Source: Escherichia coli (GTDB taxonomy: Bacteria > Pseudomonadota > Gammaproteobacteria > Enterobacterales > Enterobacteriaceae). Taken from it: a DNA stretch of 64,000 bases. Numbering within the stretch: position 1 is the stretch's first letter; each line of letters starts with the position of its first letter. This document shows, in pieces, positions 38,215 to 50,704 of this stretch. The notes beneath the pieces were generated by a model. The model was not told the origin of the DNA. It saw nothing but the letters and a program-made list of their open reading frames with translations, and did not search any database. The stretch lies in NCBI RefSeq assembly GCF_044324785.1, contig NZ_CP172127.1, one strand, 5' to 3'. The position numbers were made by a program, and so were the translations under genes.

Positions 38215-39288
38215 ATGAAACAAAAAGAGCTATGGATTAACCAGATCAAAGGGTTATGTATTTGTCTGGTAGTGATTTATCACTCGGTCATTACCTTTTA
38301 TCCGCATCTGACCACTTTTCAGCATCCGTTATCGGAAGTCCTGAGCAAATGCTGGATCTATTTCAATCTTTACCTTGCACCCTTTCGTATGCCGGTTTTT
38401 TTCTTTATATCCGGCTATTTGATTCGCCGCTATATCGACAGCGTACCGTGGGGAAATTGTCTCGATAAACGGATCTGGAACATCTTCTGGGTGCTGGCGC
38501 TTTGGGGCGTGGTGCAGTGGCTGGCGTTAAGTGCGCTGAACCAGTGGCTGGCACCTGAGCGCGATTTAAGCAATGCCTCCAATGCCGCGTATGCCGATTC
38601 CACCGGTGAGTTCCTGCACGGGATGATCACCGCCAGCACCAGTTTGTGGTATCTGTATGCGTTAATTGTCTATTTCGTGGTATGTAAAATTTTTAGCCGT
38701 CTGGCGCTGCCACTATTCGCCTTGTTTGTACTGATGAGTGTGGCGGTTAATTTCGTTCCCACGCCGTGGTGGGGAATGAACAGTGTGATCCGCAATTTGC
38801 CTTATTACAGCCTTGGCGCATGGTTTGGCGCAACATTAATGACCTGTGTTAAAGAGGTGCCGTTGCGCCGCCATCTGCTGATGGCTTCTTTGCTGACCGT
38901 TCTGGCGGTCGGTGCCTGGTTGTTTACTATCTCGCTGCTGTTGTCGCTGGTATCGATTGTGGTGATCATGAAACTGTTTTATCAGTACGAGCAGCGTTTC
39001 GGTATGCGTTCCTCCAGCCTGCTGAATGTTATTGGTTCTAACACTATTGCCATCTACACCACCCATCGCATTCTGGTTGAAATATTCAGCTTAACTCTGC
39101 TTGCGCAAATGAACGCAGCACGCTGGTCGCCGCAAGTCGAACTGACACTCCTGCTGGTTTACCCCTTTGTTAGTTTGTTCATCTGTACTGTTGCGGGCTT
39201 GCTGGTAAGAAAACTTTCACAGCACGCATTCAGCGATCTGTTATTCTCCCCGCCTTCACTGCCCGCTGCCGTCAGTTACTCCCGCTAA
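38215..39288 (+). CDS. ycfT: Inner-membrane acyltransferase-3 family protein YcfT
   Basis: 357 aa; multiple TM helices. Confidence 0.85.
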   Translation: MKQKELWINQIKGLCICLVVIYHSVITFYPHLTTFQHPLSEVLSKCWIYFNLYLAPFRMPVFFFISGYLIRRYIDSVPWGNCLDKRIWNIFWVLALWGVVQWLALSALNQWLAPERDLSNASNAAYADSTGEFLHGMITASTSLWYLYALIVYFVVCKIFSRLALPLFALFVLMSVAVNFVPTPWWGMNSVIRNLPYYSLGAWFGATLMTCVKEVPLRRHLLMASLLTVLAVGAWLFTISLLLSLVSIVVIMKLFYQYEQRFGMRSSSLLNVIGSNTIAIYTTHRILVEIFSLTLLAQMNAARWSPQVELTLLLVYPFVSLFICTVAGLLVRKLSQHAFSDLLFSPPSLPAAVSYSR

Positions 39289-39415
39289 GCCATCGCCCCA
39301 GCCGGGGCGATTCAATTTGCTAAACCATGTCGATTACGGATAATGAACAGCATTGCTTATCAGAGATATGCCCCCATATGTTGAGGCATATCCTAACGAG
39401 AATCTGACAACCGTT

Positions 39416-42400
39416 ATGCCTGAACAATATCGTTATACGCTGCCCGTCAAAGCGGGTGAGCAGCGTCTGCTGGGCGAGTTAACTGGCGCTGCCTGCGCGA
39501 CGCTGGTAGCGGAAATTGCCGAACGTCACGCCGGACCAGTGGTGCTTATTGCGCCAGATATGCAAAATGCTCTGCGTTTGCATGATGAAATTAGCCAGTT
39601 TACCGACCAGATGGTGATGAATCTGGCGGACTGGGAAACCCTCCCTTACGACAGTTTTTCGCCTCATCAGGACATTATCTCCTCGCGCCTTTCCACCCTT
39701 TACCAGCTACCGACGATGCAGCGTGGCGTACTGATTGTTCCGGTGAATACGCTTATGCAGCGCGTTTGCCCGCACAGTTTTCTCCACGGCCATGCGCTGG
39801 TGATGAAAAAAGGTCAGCGCCTGTCACGAGATGCATTACGAACCCAACTGGACAGCGCCGGTTATCGCCATGTTGACCAGGTGATGGAGCACGGCGAATA
39901 CGCCACGCGCGGCGCGTTGCTGGATCTCTTCCCGATGGGGAGTGAGCTGCCTTATCGTCTTGATTTCTTTGATGATGAAATCGACAGCCTGCGGGTGTTT
40001 GACGTCGACAGCCAGCGCACGCTGGAGGAAGTAGAAGCGATCAATCTTCTGCCCGCACACGAATTTCCGACCGATAAAGCGGCAATTGAACTGTTCCGCA
40101 GCCAGTGGCGCGATACCTTCGAAGTGAAGCGCGATCCGGAACATATTTACCAGCAAGTGAGTAAAGGCACATTACCTGCCGGGATCGAGTACTGGCAGCC
40201 GCTATTCTTCAGCGAACCGCTGCCGCCACTGTTCAGTTATTTCCCTGCCAATACGCTGTTGGTGAATACTGGCGATCTGGAAAACAGTGCCGAACGTTTC
40301 CAGGCTGACACGCTGGCGCGTTTTGAAAATCGCGGCGTCGATCCGATGCGTCCACTGTTGCCACCACAATCGCTCTGGCTGCGGGTGGACGAGCTCTTCT
40401 CAGAGCTGAAAAACTGGCCGCGTGTGCAGCTAAAAACTGAACATTTACCGACAAAAGCAGCGAATGCCAATTTAGGTTTCCAGAAACTGCCAGACCTGGC
40501 CGTTCAGGCACAACAAAAAGCGCCGCTGGATGCGCTGCGTAAGTTCCTCGAGTCTTTCGACGGTCCGGTGGTGTTCTCGGTAGAAAGTGAAGGTCGCCGT
40601 GAAGCGCTGGGTGAACTGCTCGCGCGAATTAAAATTGCTCCGCAACGCATTATGCGTCTTGATGAAGCCAGCGACCGTGGGCGTTATCTGATGATTGGCG
40701 CAGCCGAACATGGTTTTGTCGATACGGTACGTAATCTGGCGCTGATCTGCGAAGGCGATCTGCTCGGTGAACGCGTTGCCCGCCGTCGTCAGGATTCTCG
40801 CCGCGCCATCAACCCCGATACACTGATCCGTAACCTCGCGGAGCTGCATATTGGTCAGCCGGTGGTCCATCTGGAGCACGGTGTCGGTCGTTATGCAGGA
40901 ATGACCACGCTGGAAGCGGGCGGCATTACTGGCGAGTACCTGATGCTCACCTATGCCAACGACGCCAAACTGTATGTTCCGGTGTCGTCACTGCATCTGA
41001 TTAGCCGTTACGCAGGTGGCGCGGAAGAAAACGCCCCGCTGCATAAACTTGGCGGCGATGCGTGGTCACGCGCGCGGCAGAAAGCGGCGGAAAAAGTGCG
41101 TGATGTGGCGGCAGAATTACTGGATATTTACGCGCAACGCGCCGCCAAAGAGGGCTTCGCGTTTAAACACGATCGCGAGCAGTATCAGTTGTTCTGCGAC
41201 AGCTTCCCGTTTGAAACCACGCCGGATCAGGCACAGGCCATTAATGCGGTACTTAGCGACATGTGTCAGCCGCTGGCAATGGATCGTCTGGTGTGCGGCG
41301 ATGTTGGCTTTGGTAAAACAGAAGTGGCGATGCGCGCCGCTTTCCTGGCAGTAGATAACCACAAGCAGGTGGCGGTGCTGGTGCCTACCACCCTTCTCGC
41401 GCAGCAGCATTACGACAACTTCCGCGACCGTTTCGCCAACTGGCCGGTACGTATCGAAATGATCTCCCGTTTCCGCAGCGCCAAAGAGCAGACGCAAATC
41501 CTTGCGGAAGTGGCGGAAGGGAAAATCGATATTCTGATCGGTACGCACAAACTGCTGCAAAGTGACGTCAAGTTTAAAGATTTAGGCCTGCTGATTGTCG
41601 ATGAAGAACACCGCTTCGGGGTGCGTCATAAAGAGCGCATTAAAGCGATGCGTGCGAACGTGGATATTCTGACGCTTACCGCTACGCCGATCCCACGTAC
41701 GCTGAATATGGCGATGAGCGGAATGCGCGATCTGTCGATTATTGCCACGCCGCCCGCCCGTCGTCTGGCGGTCAAAACGTTTGTCCGCGAGTATGACAGT
41801 CTGGTGGTCCGGGAGGCGATCCTGCGTGAAATTTTGCGCGGAGGACAGGTTTATTATCTCTACAATGATGTGGAAAACATCCAGAAAGCCGCCGAACGGC
41901 TGGCAGAACTGGTACCTGAAGCGCGGATTGCCATCGGTCACGGGCAGATGCGTGAGCGCGAACTGGAACGGGTGATGAATGATTTCCATCATCAACGTTT
42001 CAACGTGCTGGTTTGTACCACCATTATCGAAACCGGGATCGACATCCCGACAGCCAACACCATTATCATTGAACGCGCGGATCACTTCGGTCTGGCGCAG
42101 CTGCACCAGTTACGCGGTCGCGTCGGACGTTCGCATCATCAGGCATATGCATGGTTGCTGACACCGCATCCAAAAGCGATGACTACCGATGCACAAAAAC
42201 GTCTTGAAGCGATTGCCTCGCTGGAAGATCTCGGGGCAGGTTTTGCGCTGGCAACGCACGATCTGGAGATTCGCGGCGCGGGTGAACTGCTTGGCGAAGA
42301 ACAAAGCGGCTCAATGGAAACCATCGGTTTCGCGCTGTATATGGAGTTGCTGGAAAACGCCGTCGATGCGCTGAAAGCCGGACGCGAGCCGTCGCTGGAA

Positions 42401-42862
42401 GATCTCACCAGTCAGCAAACAGAAGTCGAGCTGCGGATGCCGTCGCTGTTGCCGGATGATTTCATTCCTGACGTGAATACGCGTTTGTCGTTCTATAAAC
42501 GTATTGCCAGCGCCAAAACGGAAAACGAACTGGAAGAGATCAAAGTTGAGCTTATCGATCGCTTCGGCCTGCTGCCGGATCCGGCGCGTACCCTGCTGGA
42601 TATTGCCCGTCTGCGCCAGCAAGCGCAGAAACTGGGGATCAGGAAGCTGGAAGGTAATGAGAAAGGCGGCGTGATCGAATTTGCCGAGAAGAATCACGTT
42701 AATCCGGCCTGGTTGATTGGTTTGCTGCAAAAACAGCCGCAGCATTACCGCCTTGATGGTCCGACGCGCCTGAAGTTTATTCAGGATTTGAGTGAGCGGA
42801 AAACGCGTATCGAATGGGTACGCCAGTTTATGCGTGAACTGGAAGAGAACGCCATCGCTTAA
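39416..42862 (+). CDS. mfd: Transcription-repair coupling factor Mfd
   Basis: Internal Met MPEQYRYTLPVKAGEQRLLGELTG... gives 1148 aa; helicase motifs. Confidence 0.97.
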   Translation: MPEQYRYTLPVKAGEQRLLGELTGAACATLVAEIAERHAGPVVLIAPDMQNALRLHDEISQFTDQMVMNLADWETLPYDSFSPHQDIISSRLSTLYQLPTMQRGVLIVPVNTLMQRVCPHSFLHGHALVMKKGQRLSRDALRTQLDSAGYRHVDQVMEHGEYATRGALLDLFPMGSELPYRLDFFDDEIDSLRVFDVDSQRTLEEVEAINLLPAHEFPTDKAAIELFRSQWRDTFEVKRDPEHIYQQVSKGTLPAGIEYWQPLFFSEPLPPLFSYFPANTLLVNTGDLENSAERFQADTLARFENRGVDPMRPLLPPQSLWLRVDELFSELKNWPRVQLKTEHLPTKAANANLGFQKLPDLAVQAQQKAPLDALRKFLESFDGPVVFSVESEGRREALGELLARIKIAPQRIMRLDEASDRGRYLMIGAAEHGFVDTVRNLALICEGDLLGERVARRRQDSRRAINPDTLIRNLAELHIGQPVVHLEHGVGRYAGMTTLEAGGITGEYLMLTYANDAKLYVPVSSLHLISRYAGGAEENAPLHKLGGDAWSRARQKAAEKVRDVAAELLDIYAQRAAKEGFAFKHDREQYQLFCDSFPFETTPDQAQAINAVLSDMCQPLAMDRLVCGDVGFGKTEVAMRAAFLAVDNHKQVAVLVPTTLLAQQHYDNFRDRFANWPVRIEMISRFRSAKEQTQILAEVAEGKIDILIGTHKLLQSDVKFKDLGLLIVDEEHRFGVRHKERIKAMRANVDILTLTATPIPRTLNMAMSGMRDLSIIATPPARRLAVKTFVREYDSLVVREAILREILRGGQVYYLYNDVENIQKAAERLAELVPEARIAIGHGQMRERELERVMNDFHHQRFNVLVCTTIIETGIDIPTANTIIIERADHFGLAQLHQLRGRVGRSHHQAYAWLLTPHPKAMTTDAQKRLEAIASLEDLGAGFALATHDLEIRGAGELLGEEQSGSMETIGFALYMELLENAVDALKAGREPSLEDLTSQQTEVELRMPSLLPDDFIPDVNTRLSFYKRIASAKTENELEEIKVELIDRFGLLPDPARTLLDIARLRQQAQKLGIRKLEGNEKGGVIEFAEKNHVNPAWLIGLLQKQPQHYRLDGPTRLKFIQDLSERKTRIEWVRQFMRELEENAIA

Positions 42863-43002
42863 TGGTAAATCGGGGGCGTTTCTGCGCCCCCATCTGCAAC
42901 ATTTACAAATTCTTTGCACTTCCCTGCACTATCCGACACTGTCACCATCCATAATTCAGGCTTATCTGTTTATTACAATAACCTTATATTTATTATGGAT
43001 TT

Positions 43003-43968
43003 TTGGTGATGATCAAAACGCGTTTTTCTCGCTGGCTAACGTTTTTTACGTTCGCCGCTGCCGTGGCGCTGGCGCTACCGGCAAAAGCCAACACCTGGCC
43101 GCTGCCGCCAGCGGGCAGTCGTCTGGTTGGCGAAAACAAATTTCATGTGGTGGAAAATGACGGTGGTTCTCTGGAAGCCATCGCCAAAAAATATAACGTC
43201 GGCTTTCTCGCTCTGTTACAGGCTAACCCCGGCGTTGATCCTTACGTACCGCGCGCGGGCAGCGTGTTAACGATCCCGTTGCAAACCCTACTTCCAGATG
43301 CGCCGCGCGAAGGCATTGTGATCAATATTGCGGAACTGCGTCTCTATTACTACCCGCCGGGTAAAAATTCGGTAACCGTGTATCCCATCGGCATTGGTCA
43401 GTTAGGTGGTGACACGCTGACGCCGACAATGGTGACCACCGTTTCAGACAAACGTGCAAACCCAACCTGGACGCCAACGGCAAACATCCGCGCCCGTTAT
43501 AAAGCACAGGGAATTGATTTGCCTGCGGTAGTTCCGGCTGGACCGGATAATCCAATGGGCCATCATGCGATTCGCCTGGCGGCCTATGGCGGCGTTTATT
43601 TGCTTCACGGTACGAACGCCGATTTCGGCATTGGCATGCGGGTAAGTTCTGGCTGTATTCGTCTGCGGGATGACGATATCAAAACACTCTTTAGCCAGGT
43701 CACCCCAGGTACCAAAGTAAATATCATCAACACCCCGATTAAAGTCTCTGCCGAACCAAACGGTGCGCGTCTGGTTGAAGTACATCAGCCGCTGTCAGAG
43801 AAGATTGATGACGATCCGCAGCTGCTGCCAATTACGCTGAATAACGCAATGCAATCATTTAAAGATGCAGCACAAACTGACGCTGAAGTGATGCAACATG
43901 TGATGGATGTCCGTTCCGGGATGCCGGTGGATGTCCGCCGTCATCAAGTGAGCCCACAAACTTTGTAA
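43003..43968 (+). CDS. ldtC: L,D-transpeptidase LdtC (YcfS)
   Basis: ~320 aa; signal peptide, LysM-like region, YkuD catalytic region (HGT...SSGCIRL). Confidence 0.9.
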   Translation: MVMIKTRFSRWLTFFTFAAAVALALPAKANTWPLPPAGSRLVGENKFHVVENDGGSLEAIAKKYNVGFLALLQANPGVDPYVPRAGSVLTIPLQTLLPDAPREGIVINIAELRLYYYPPGKNSVTVYPIGIGQLGGDTLTPTMVTTVSDKRANPTWTPTANIRARYKAQGIDLPAVVPAGPDNPMGHHAIRLAAYGGVYLLHGTNADFGIGMRVSSGCIRLRDDDIKTLFSQVTPGTKVNIINTPIKVSAEPNGARLVEVHQPLSEKIDDDPQLLPITLNNAMQSFKDAAQTDAEVMQHVMDVRSGMPVDVRRHQVSPQTL

Positions 43969-43985
43969 ATCCTGGATAAAAAAAT

Positions 43986-44017
43986 CCCCGCGACACGGCA
44001 TGTCGCGGGGAAAAAAA
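43986..44017 (-). terminator. Rho-independent terminator of bhsA
   Basis: ccccgcgaca / tgtcgcgggg 10-bp stem; on the minus strand followed by a T-run. Confidence 0.8.
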
Positions 44018-44050
44018 TCAGCAGTAGCAGGCATTAATGAGGGTTAATGC

Positions 44051-44308
44051 TTATTTATAAATTACTGCTGTTCCATGGAGGGTATTCGGACCGGTTACAG
44101 AAGTAATACGGAAAGATTTTGCGCCCATCTCATCCGCTTTTTGCGCCAGCTGCTCTTCCAGCGATCCCAGATTTGTCCCCGCGTTAGCACTGATAGTACC
44201 GACTTTTTGTTGGCCTTCTGGCGTTGACTGAACTTCGACAGCCGCAAAGCTGGCAAATGACATTGAGCTTAAAATCGCCGCAGCGATGAGGGTTTTTACG
44301 TTTTTCAT
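44051..44308 (-). CDS. bhsA: Multiple stress resistance outer-membrane protein BhsA (YcfR/ComC)
   Basis: 85 aa with signal peptide MKNVKTLIAAAILSSMSFASFA. Confidence 0.92.
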   Translation of the reverse strand: MKNVKTLIAAAILSSMSFASFAAVEVQSTPEGQQKVGTISANAGTNLGSLEEQLAQKADEMGAKSFRITSVTGPNTLHGTAVIYK

Positions 44309-44376
44309 AATAGTGGCCTTATGCAGATGAATGACGTCGCAAGCAATTACTTAACGATCGATAACTAAATGATAGA

Positions 44377-44392
44377 TGTGATCTGGATCACA
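44377..44392. promoter_or_regulatory. Near-consensus CRP-type palindrome TGTGA-N6-TCACA between bhsA and comR
   Basis: TGTGATCTGGATCACA, perfect 16-bp palindrome; ~70 bp upstream of the bhsA ATG. Confidence 0.5.
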
Positions 44393-44548
44393 TACAAGAT
44401 ATTTTTTATAACAATCATTAATTAATTTAAAAATCTTTAAATTTCAGTTAAATAGAAAGCAATTATTTTTATGGTTTGTGGACTGGTGAACGGAGGTGAT
44501 TATTTTTATAATAAACTTTCATTCACAGTCACCAGGTACAATGGCATC

Positions 44549-45181
44549 ATGGCAACTGACTCAACACAATGTGTAAAAAAAAGCCGTGGCCGCCCAAAAG
44601 TGTTCGACAGGGATGCCGCGCTTGATAAGGCCATGAAATTGTTCTGGCAGCACGGTTATGAAGCGACTTCTCTTGCGGACCTCGTCGAAGCGACCGGAGC
44701 CAAAGCGCCCACGCTATACGCGGAATTTACCAACAAAGAGGGGTTATTCCGCGCCGTACTCGACCGCTATATCGATCGTTTTGCCGCGAAGCATGAAGCA
44801 CAGCTGTTTTGTGAAGAGAAAAGCGTGGAGTCTGCGCTGGCTGACTATTTTGCTGCCATCGCCAACTGCTTTACCAGCAAAGACACCCCGGCTGGCTGCT
44901 TTATGATCAACAACTGCACCACCCTCTCCCCGGATTCCGGAGATATCGCCAATACGCTGAAATCACGCCATGCGATGCAAGAGCGCACTTTGCAGCAGTT
45001 TTTATGTCAACGACAAGCGCGCGGGGAAATCCCGACCCACTGTGACGTGACGCATCTGGCAGAATTCCTTAATTGTATTATTCAGGGGATGTCGATCAGC
45101 GCACGCGAAGGTGCATCGCTGGAAAAACTGATGCAGATTGCCCGAACGACTTTGCGTTTATGGCCGGAACTGCTGAAATAA
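44549..45181 (+). CDS. comR: TetR-family copper-responsive repressor ComR (YcfQ)
   Basis: Internal Met MATDSTQCVKKSRGRPKVFDRDAALDKAMKLFWQHGYEATSLADL... gives 210 aa; TetR HTH. Confidence 0.9.
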   Translation: MATDSTQCVKKSRGRPKVFDRDAALDKAMKLFWQHGYEATSLADLVEATGAKAPTLYAEFTNKEGLFRAVLDRYIDRFAAKHEAQLFCEEKSVESALADYFAAIANCFTSKDTPAGCFMINNCTTLSPDSGDIANTLKSRHAMQERTLQQFLCQRQARGEIPTHCDVTHLAEFLNCIIQGMSISAREGASLEKLMQIARTTLRLWPELLK

Positions 45182-45192
45182 GTCGCAAAAAA

Positions 45193-45222
45193 AGCCCCTC
45201 AGCCTGAGCGAATGAGGGGCCA
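45193..45222 (-). terminator. Rho-independent terminator of ycfJ
   Basis: gcccctca / tgaggggc stem; T-run on the minus strand after the hairpin. Confidence 0.75.
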
Positions 45223-45242
45223 AATTGCAGAGTACAGCCTTG

Positions 45243-45782
45243 TTATACTTTGTTATTCAAAATCAGTTGCCCGTTGCTATCTAGCGGGATCTGCGTACCC
45301 GGATCGCGGTCCATGCGGATTTTGCCCTGCTGATCGCCAATCTTATAGGTCACATCATAACCGAGCATTTTTTCTGACTTGTCATACACCGTTTTACAAC
45401 GCTGTTGCGTAGTCGTGTAAGTATCGCTTTCCTGGAGAGAGCCCTGGATCTGGTTACCGGCATATCCACCACCCAGCGCCCCCACAACAGTGGCGACATC
45501 TTTACCACGACCGCCACCAAACTGATGCCCTATCACGCCGCCAGCAACAGCGCCGAGCACCGACCCGGTAATGCGATTTTCATCCTGCACCGGTCGACGA
45601 TGGGTCACGGTGACGTTGCGACACTCCTGACGCGGTGTTTTAACCGTTTCCTTGATTGGGGTTGCAGAAACAACCTGAGCGTATTGCGGGCCACGTTCAA
45701 ACACGTTCAGACTGGCCACTGCCGCAACGCCCAGCGCAGCTGCGACACCAATCCCGATACCCGCCAACATTGATTTATTCAC
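45243..45782 (-). CDS. ycfJ: Glycine-zipper / Rickettsia-17kDa-antigen-family protein YcfJ
   Basis: GTG start gives ~179 aa (MNKSMLAGIGIGVAAALGVAAVA...). Confidence 0.85.
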   Translation of the reverse strand: MNKSMLAGIGIGVAAALGVAAVASLNVFERGPQYAQVVSATPIKETVKTPRQECRNVTVTHRRPVQDENRITGSVLGAVAGGVIGHQFGGGRGKDVATVVGALGGGYAGNQIQGSLQESDTYTTTQQRCKTVYDKSEKMLGYDVTYKIGDQQGKIRMDRDPGTQIPLDSNGQLILNNKV

Positions 45783-45910
45783 GGGAACACCTCCTTCTTT
45801 GCAGTTATGCCAATCATGCAAGTGAAGGAGAAAAGCAGCTATCAGACAGAAGATGAAAAGCGCGGGAATGGCTGGAAATACTTAAGGATTCGGAGGAGTC
45901 TGAAGGAATG

Positions 45911-45998
<88 letters not shown>

Positions 45999-46008
45999 TA
46001 CAAGCCGA

Positions 46009-47313
46009 TTAATGCAACTTCAAACGCGGACGGATAACGCGGTTAATACTCCCCACCAGCATCATTAATCCAGTTTTAAAGTAACCATGCAGCGCAATCT
46101 GGTGCATTCGGTATAGCGAGATGTATACAAAGCGCGCAATTCGTCCTTCAATCATCATTGAGCCGCGCGTCAGGTTACCCATCAGGCTACCGACGGTGGA
46201 GAAGTTCGACAGCGATACCAGAGAACCGTGATCTTTATACTGATAATTTTTCAGCGGCTTACCGTTCATCTGCGCCAGAATGTTGTTCATTGCGCAGGTT
46301 GCCATCTGGTGTGCGGCCTGCGCACGCGGCGGAACAAAGCCCCCTTCCGGACGCGGGCATGACGCGCAGTCGCCAATAGCGTATATGTCTGGATCGCGAG
46401 TGGTTTGCAGCGTCGGTTCCACCACCAGCTGGTTGATACGGTTGGTTTCAAGACCACCGATATCTTTCAGGAAGTCTGGCGCTTTGATCCCGGCTGCCCA
46501 CACCATCAGATCAGCCTCAATATATTCGCCATCTTTAGTATGTAGGCCGCCTTCATCAGCACTGGTGACCATGGTTTGCGTCAGCACGCGAACGCCAAGT
46601 TTCGTTAACTCATTATGGGCCGCAGCAGAGATACGTGGCGGTAATGCAGGCAAAATACGTTCGCCCGCTTCTACCAGCGTTACGTTCAGGGCTTCGTTGG
46701 TCAGACCTTTATAACCGTAGCTGTGCAGTTGCTTGACCGCGTTGTGCAATTCAGCGGAGAGTTCTACACCCGTCGCGCCGCCGCCGACTATCGCAATGTT
46801 CACTTTGCCATTCGCGCCCAGGTTGGCGGAGTATTTCAGGAACAGATTCAGCATCTCCTGGTGGAAGCGACGCGCCTGGTGCGGGTTATCGAGGAAAATG
46901 CAGTTCTCTTTGACACCTGGCGTATTGAAATCGTTGGAGGTGCTACCCAGCGCCATTACCAGGGTGTCATAGGCGATTTTACGTTCCGGAACCAGCAATT
47001 CACCTTTTTCGTCGCGCAGTTCTGCAATAGTGATTGTTTTCGCTTCACGATCAATATCAATTACGGAACCCAGCTGGAACTGGAAACCATGATTACGCGC
47101 ATGGGCCAGATAGCTCAACGCATCAACGCCTTCATCAAGCGAGCCAGTCGCCACTTCGTGCAGCAGCGGTTTCCACAGGTGGCTGTGGTTACGATCGACC
47201 AGCGTGATTTTGGCTTTTTTCTTGCGTCCCAGCTTATGCCCCAGCTGTGTTGCCATTTCCAGCCCACCAGCACCGCCGCCGACAATCACAATTTTTTTCA
47301 ATGGCGTAGTCAA
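46009..47313 (-). CDS. ndh: NADH:quinone oxidoreductase II (NDH-2)
   Basis: TTG start at 47311-47313 gives [25 protein letters not shown]... (434 aa). Confidence 0.96.
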
Positions 47314-47449
47314 CGTGACCCCCTTAAATTTATTAACCAATTGTTAATTAATGGTTATTAACATAGCTCTTAATTAACAACAGGTTACAGCAATGAAAAT
47401 GTTCTTCGCTATTGAGAATAACATGAATGGTGCATTGGTCATACCAAAA

Positions 47450-47463
47450 TTGATGTTAATCAA
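47450..47463. promoter_or_regulatory. FNR consensus site TTGAT-N4-ATCAA upstream of ndh
   Basis: TTGATgttaATCAA, perfect match; ~140 bp upstream of the ndh start; ndh is an established FNR-repressed gene. Confidence 0.75.
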
Positions 47464-47584
47464 GTTTTGTTGCTGAAAAGATAGGCGACTTTACCGGGCG
47501 AGATCAAAAAACAGAGTTTGTTGTTTATTATTTGAGCTAATTTATGAGGGTGGTATAGCGTGAGGGGTGTATGGAGGACGTTTG

Positions 47585-47634
47585 GTAGGCCTGATAAAAT
47601 GCGCATCAGGTACCGGCAAGGTTACCTGATGCGA
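47585..47634. repeat. REP-like palindromic unit
   Basis: gtaggcctgataaaatgcgcatcaggtaccggcaaggttacctgatgcgacg. Confidence 0.6.
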
Positions 47635-47643
47635 CGAGGGCAT

Positions 47644-48186
47644 TTACCCGAGGGTTTTGAACGCTTTAATACGCTGTAAATGCGGGGAGATATTCTTGAA
47701 TTTGTGCGTCTGCTCTTCGTCCCAGACAATCTCGTAATAATGATGCAGCTCTTCAGATGTCCGCTGGCTGTTAAGCGCTTCATCATTACGCGACAAAATC
47801 ACCAAACAACGATCGCGATTCTTTTCGCGGAAGTTGGTCACACACTTAGTGGCAATATCGGCATACTCTTCCGGGCGATCAATCTTGCCTTCCATGTTCT
47901 CATAAGGGAACAAATTAGGGTTGAAGATCACCTGGCGGATGTCGCAAAGAAAACCAATCCGTTCTGCCCAGTATCCGCCCAGGCCAACGCCGCAAATCAG
48001 CGGACGCTCGTCGACGTTCAGTTGCAACATTTTGTCCACTTCTTTGAGCAGATGCTGCATATCATGTTTCGGATGCCGCGTACTGTAGCTTATCAAGCGT
48101 ACATCCGGGTCAATAAACTGCAATTGTAAGACTTTCTCGTGGTTACCCGGACTGTTAGAGTCAAAACCGTGTAAATAGATAATCAT
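47644..48186 (-). CDS. ycfP: Alpha/beta-hydrolase-family protein YcfP
   Basis: Internal Met [19 protein letters not shown]... gives 180 aa. Confidence 0.88.
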
Positions 48187-48208
48187 CGCTTCCTCACATA
48201 AGCCAGGG

Positions 48209-50049
<1,841 letters not shown>

Positions 50050-50069
<20 letters not shown>

Positions 50070-50691
50070 CTTTACCTGACCAGATAATTTCGCCCGTCTG
50101 CACCAGCATCAGCTGCATTTGTAGGGTCGGAGCGTTAACGTTGCCAGAGGCGCTGGAGTACAGCACGTAATGAGCGCCGACATTGCGGGCAATGCCTATG
50201 GCTTTACTACGGGTGCCTAAACTGTCCTGCGGCGACAAACCTAACTGTTGCTTAGCCATCGACAGCTGCTGGGCGGAAACCAGGGTAAATTTACCGTTAT
50301 TAGCCAGCGCATTTCGCAGCGTTTCGGTCGCTTCTGCGGCATTCAGCGAACCGTTAGTACGGTTGTTAACGCTATCAACCAGCAGGACGCTACCCGCAGT
50401 CACGCCGTCAGCCCCAAGCATCTTACTGACCATCGGCTGCATTGCGCCATTCCAGTCATAATGGCGAATATGCGGCGCAGGCGGTGCAGTTTGATCTTCG
50501 TGCTCAATTGGGCCTGGCTGCTGCGGTATCGTCGGCACCGATGGCACTGTGGGGACAGGCTGTTGCGGCTCGGCTGGTTGTTCCGGCGCTGGTTTCACTT
50601 CTTCTACCGGCGCAGGTTCACGTTGCCCCACACACCCGGCGAGAAACATCGCCAGCGCGGTAATCAAGGCGTAGCGACTCATTTTGGTCAT
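50050..50691 (-). CDS. lpoB: Outer-membrane lipoprotein LpoB (PBP1b activator)
   Basis: [20 protein letters not shown] lipobox then proline-rich linker; 20-nt overlap with thiK. Confidence 0.92.
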
Positions 50692-50704
50692 CAAGATTCA
50701 CCCC

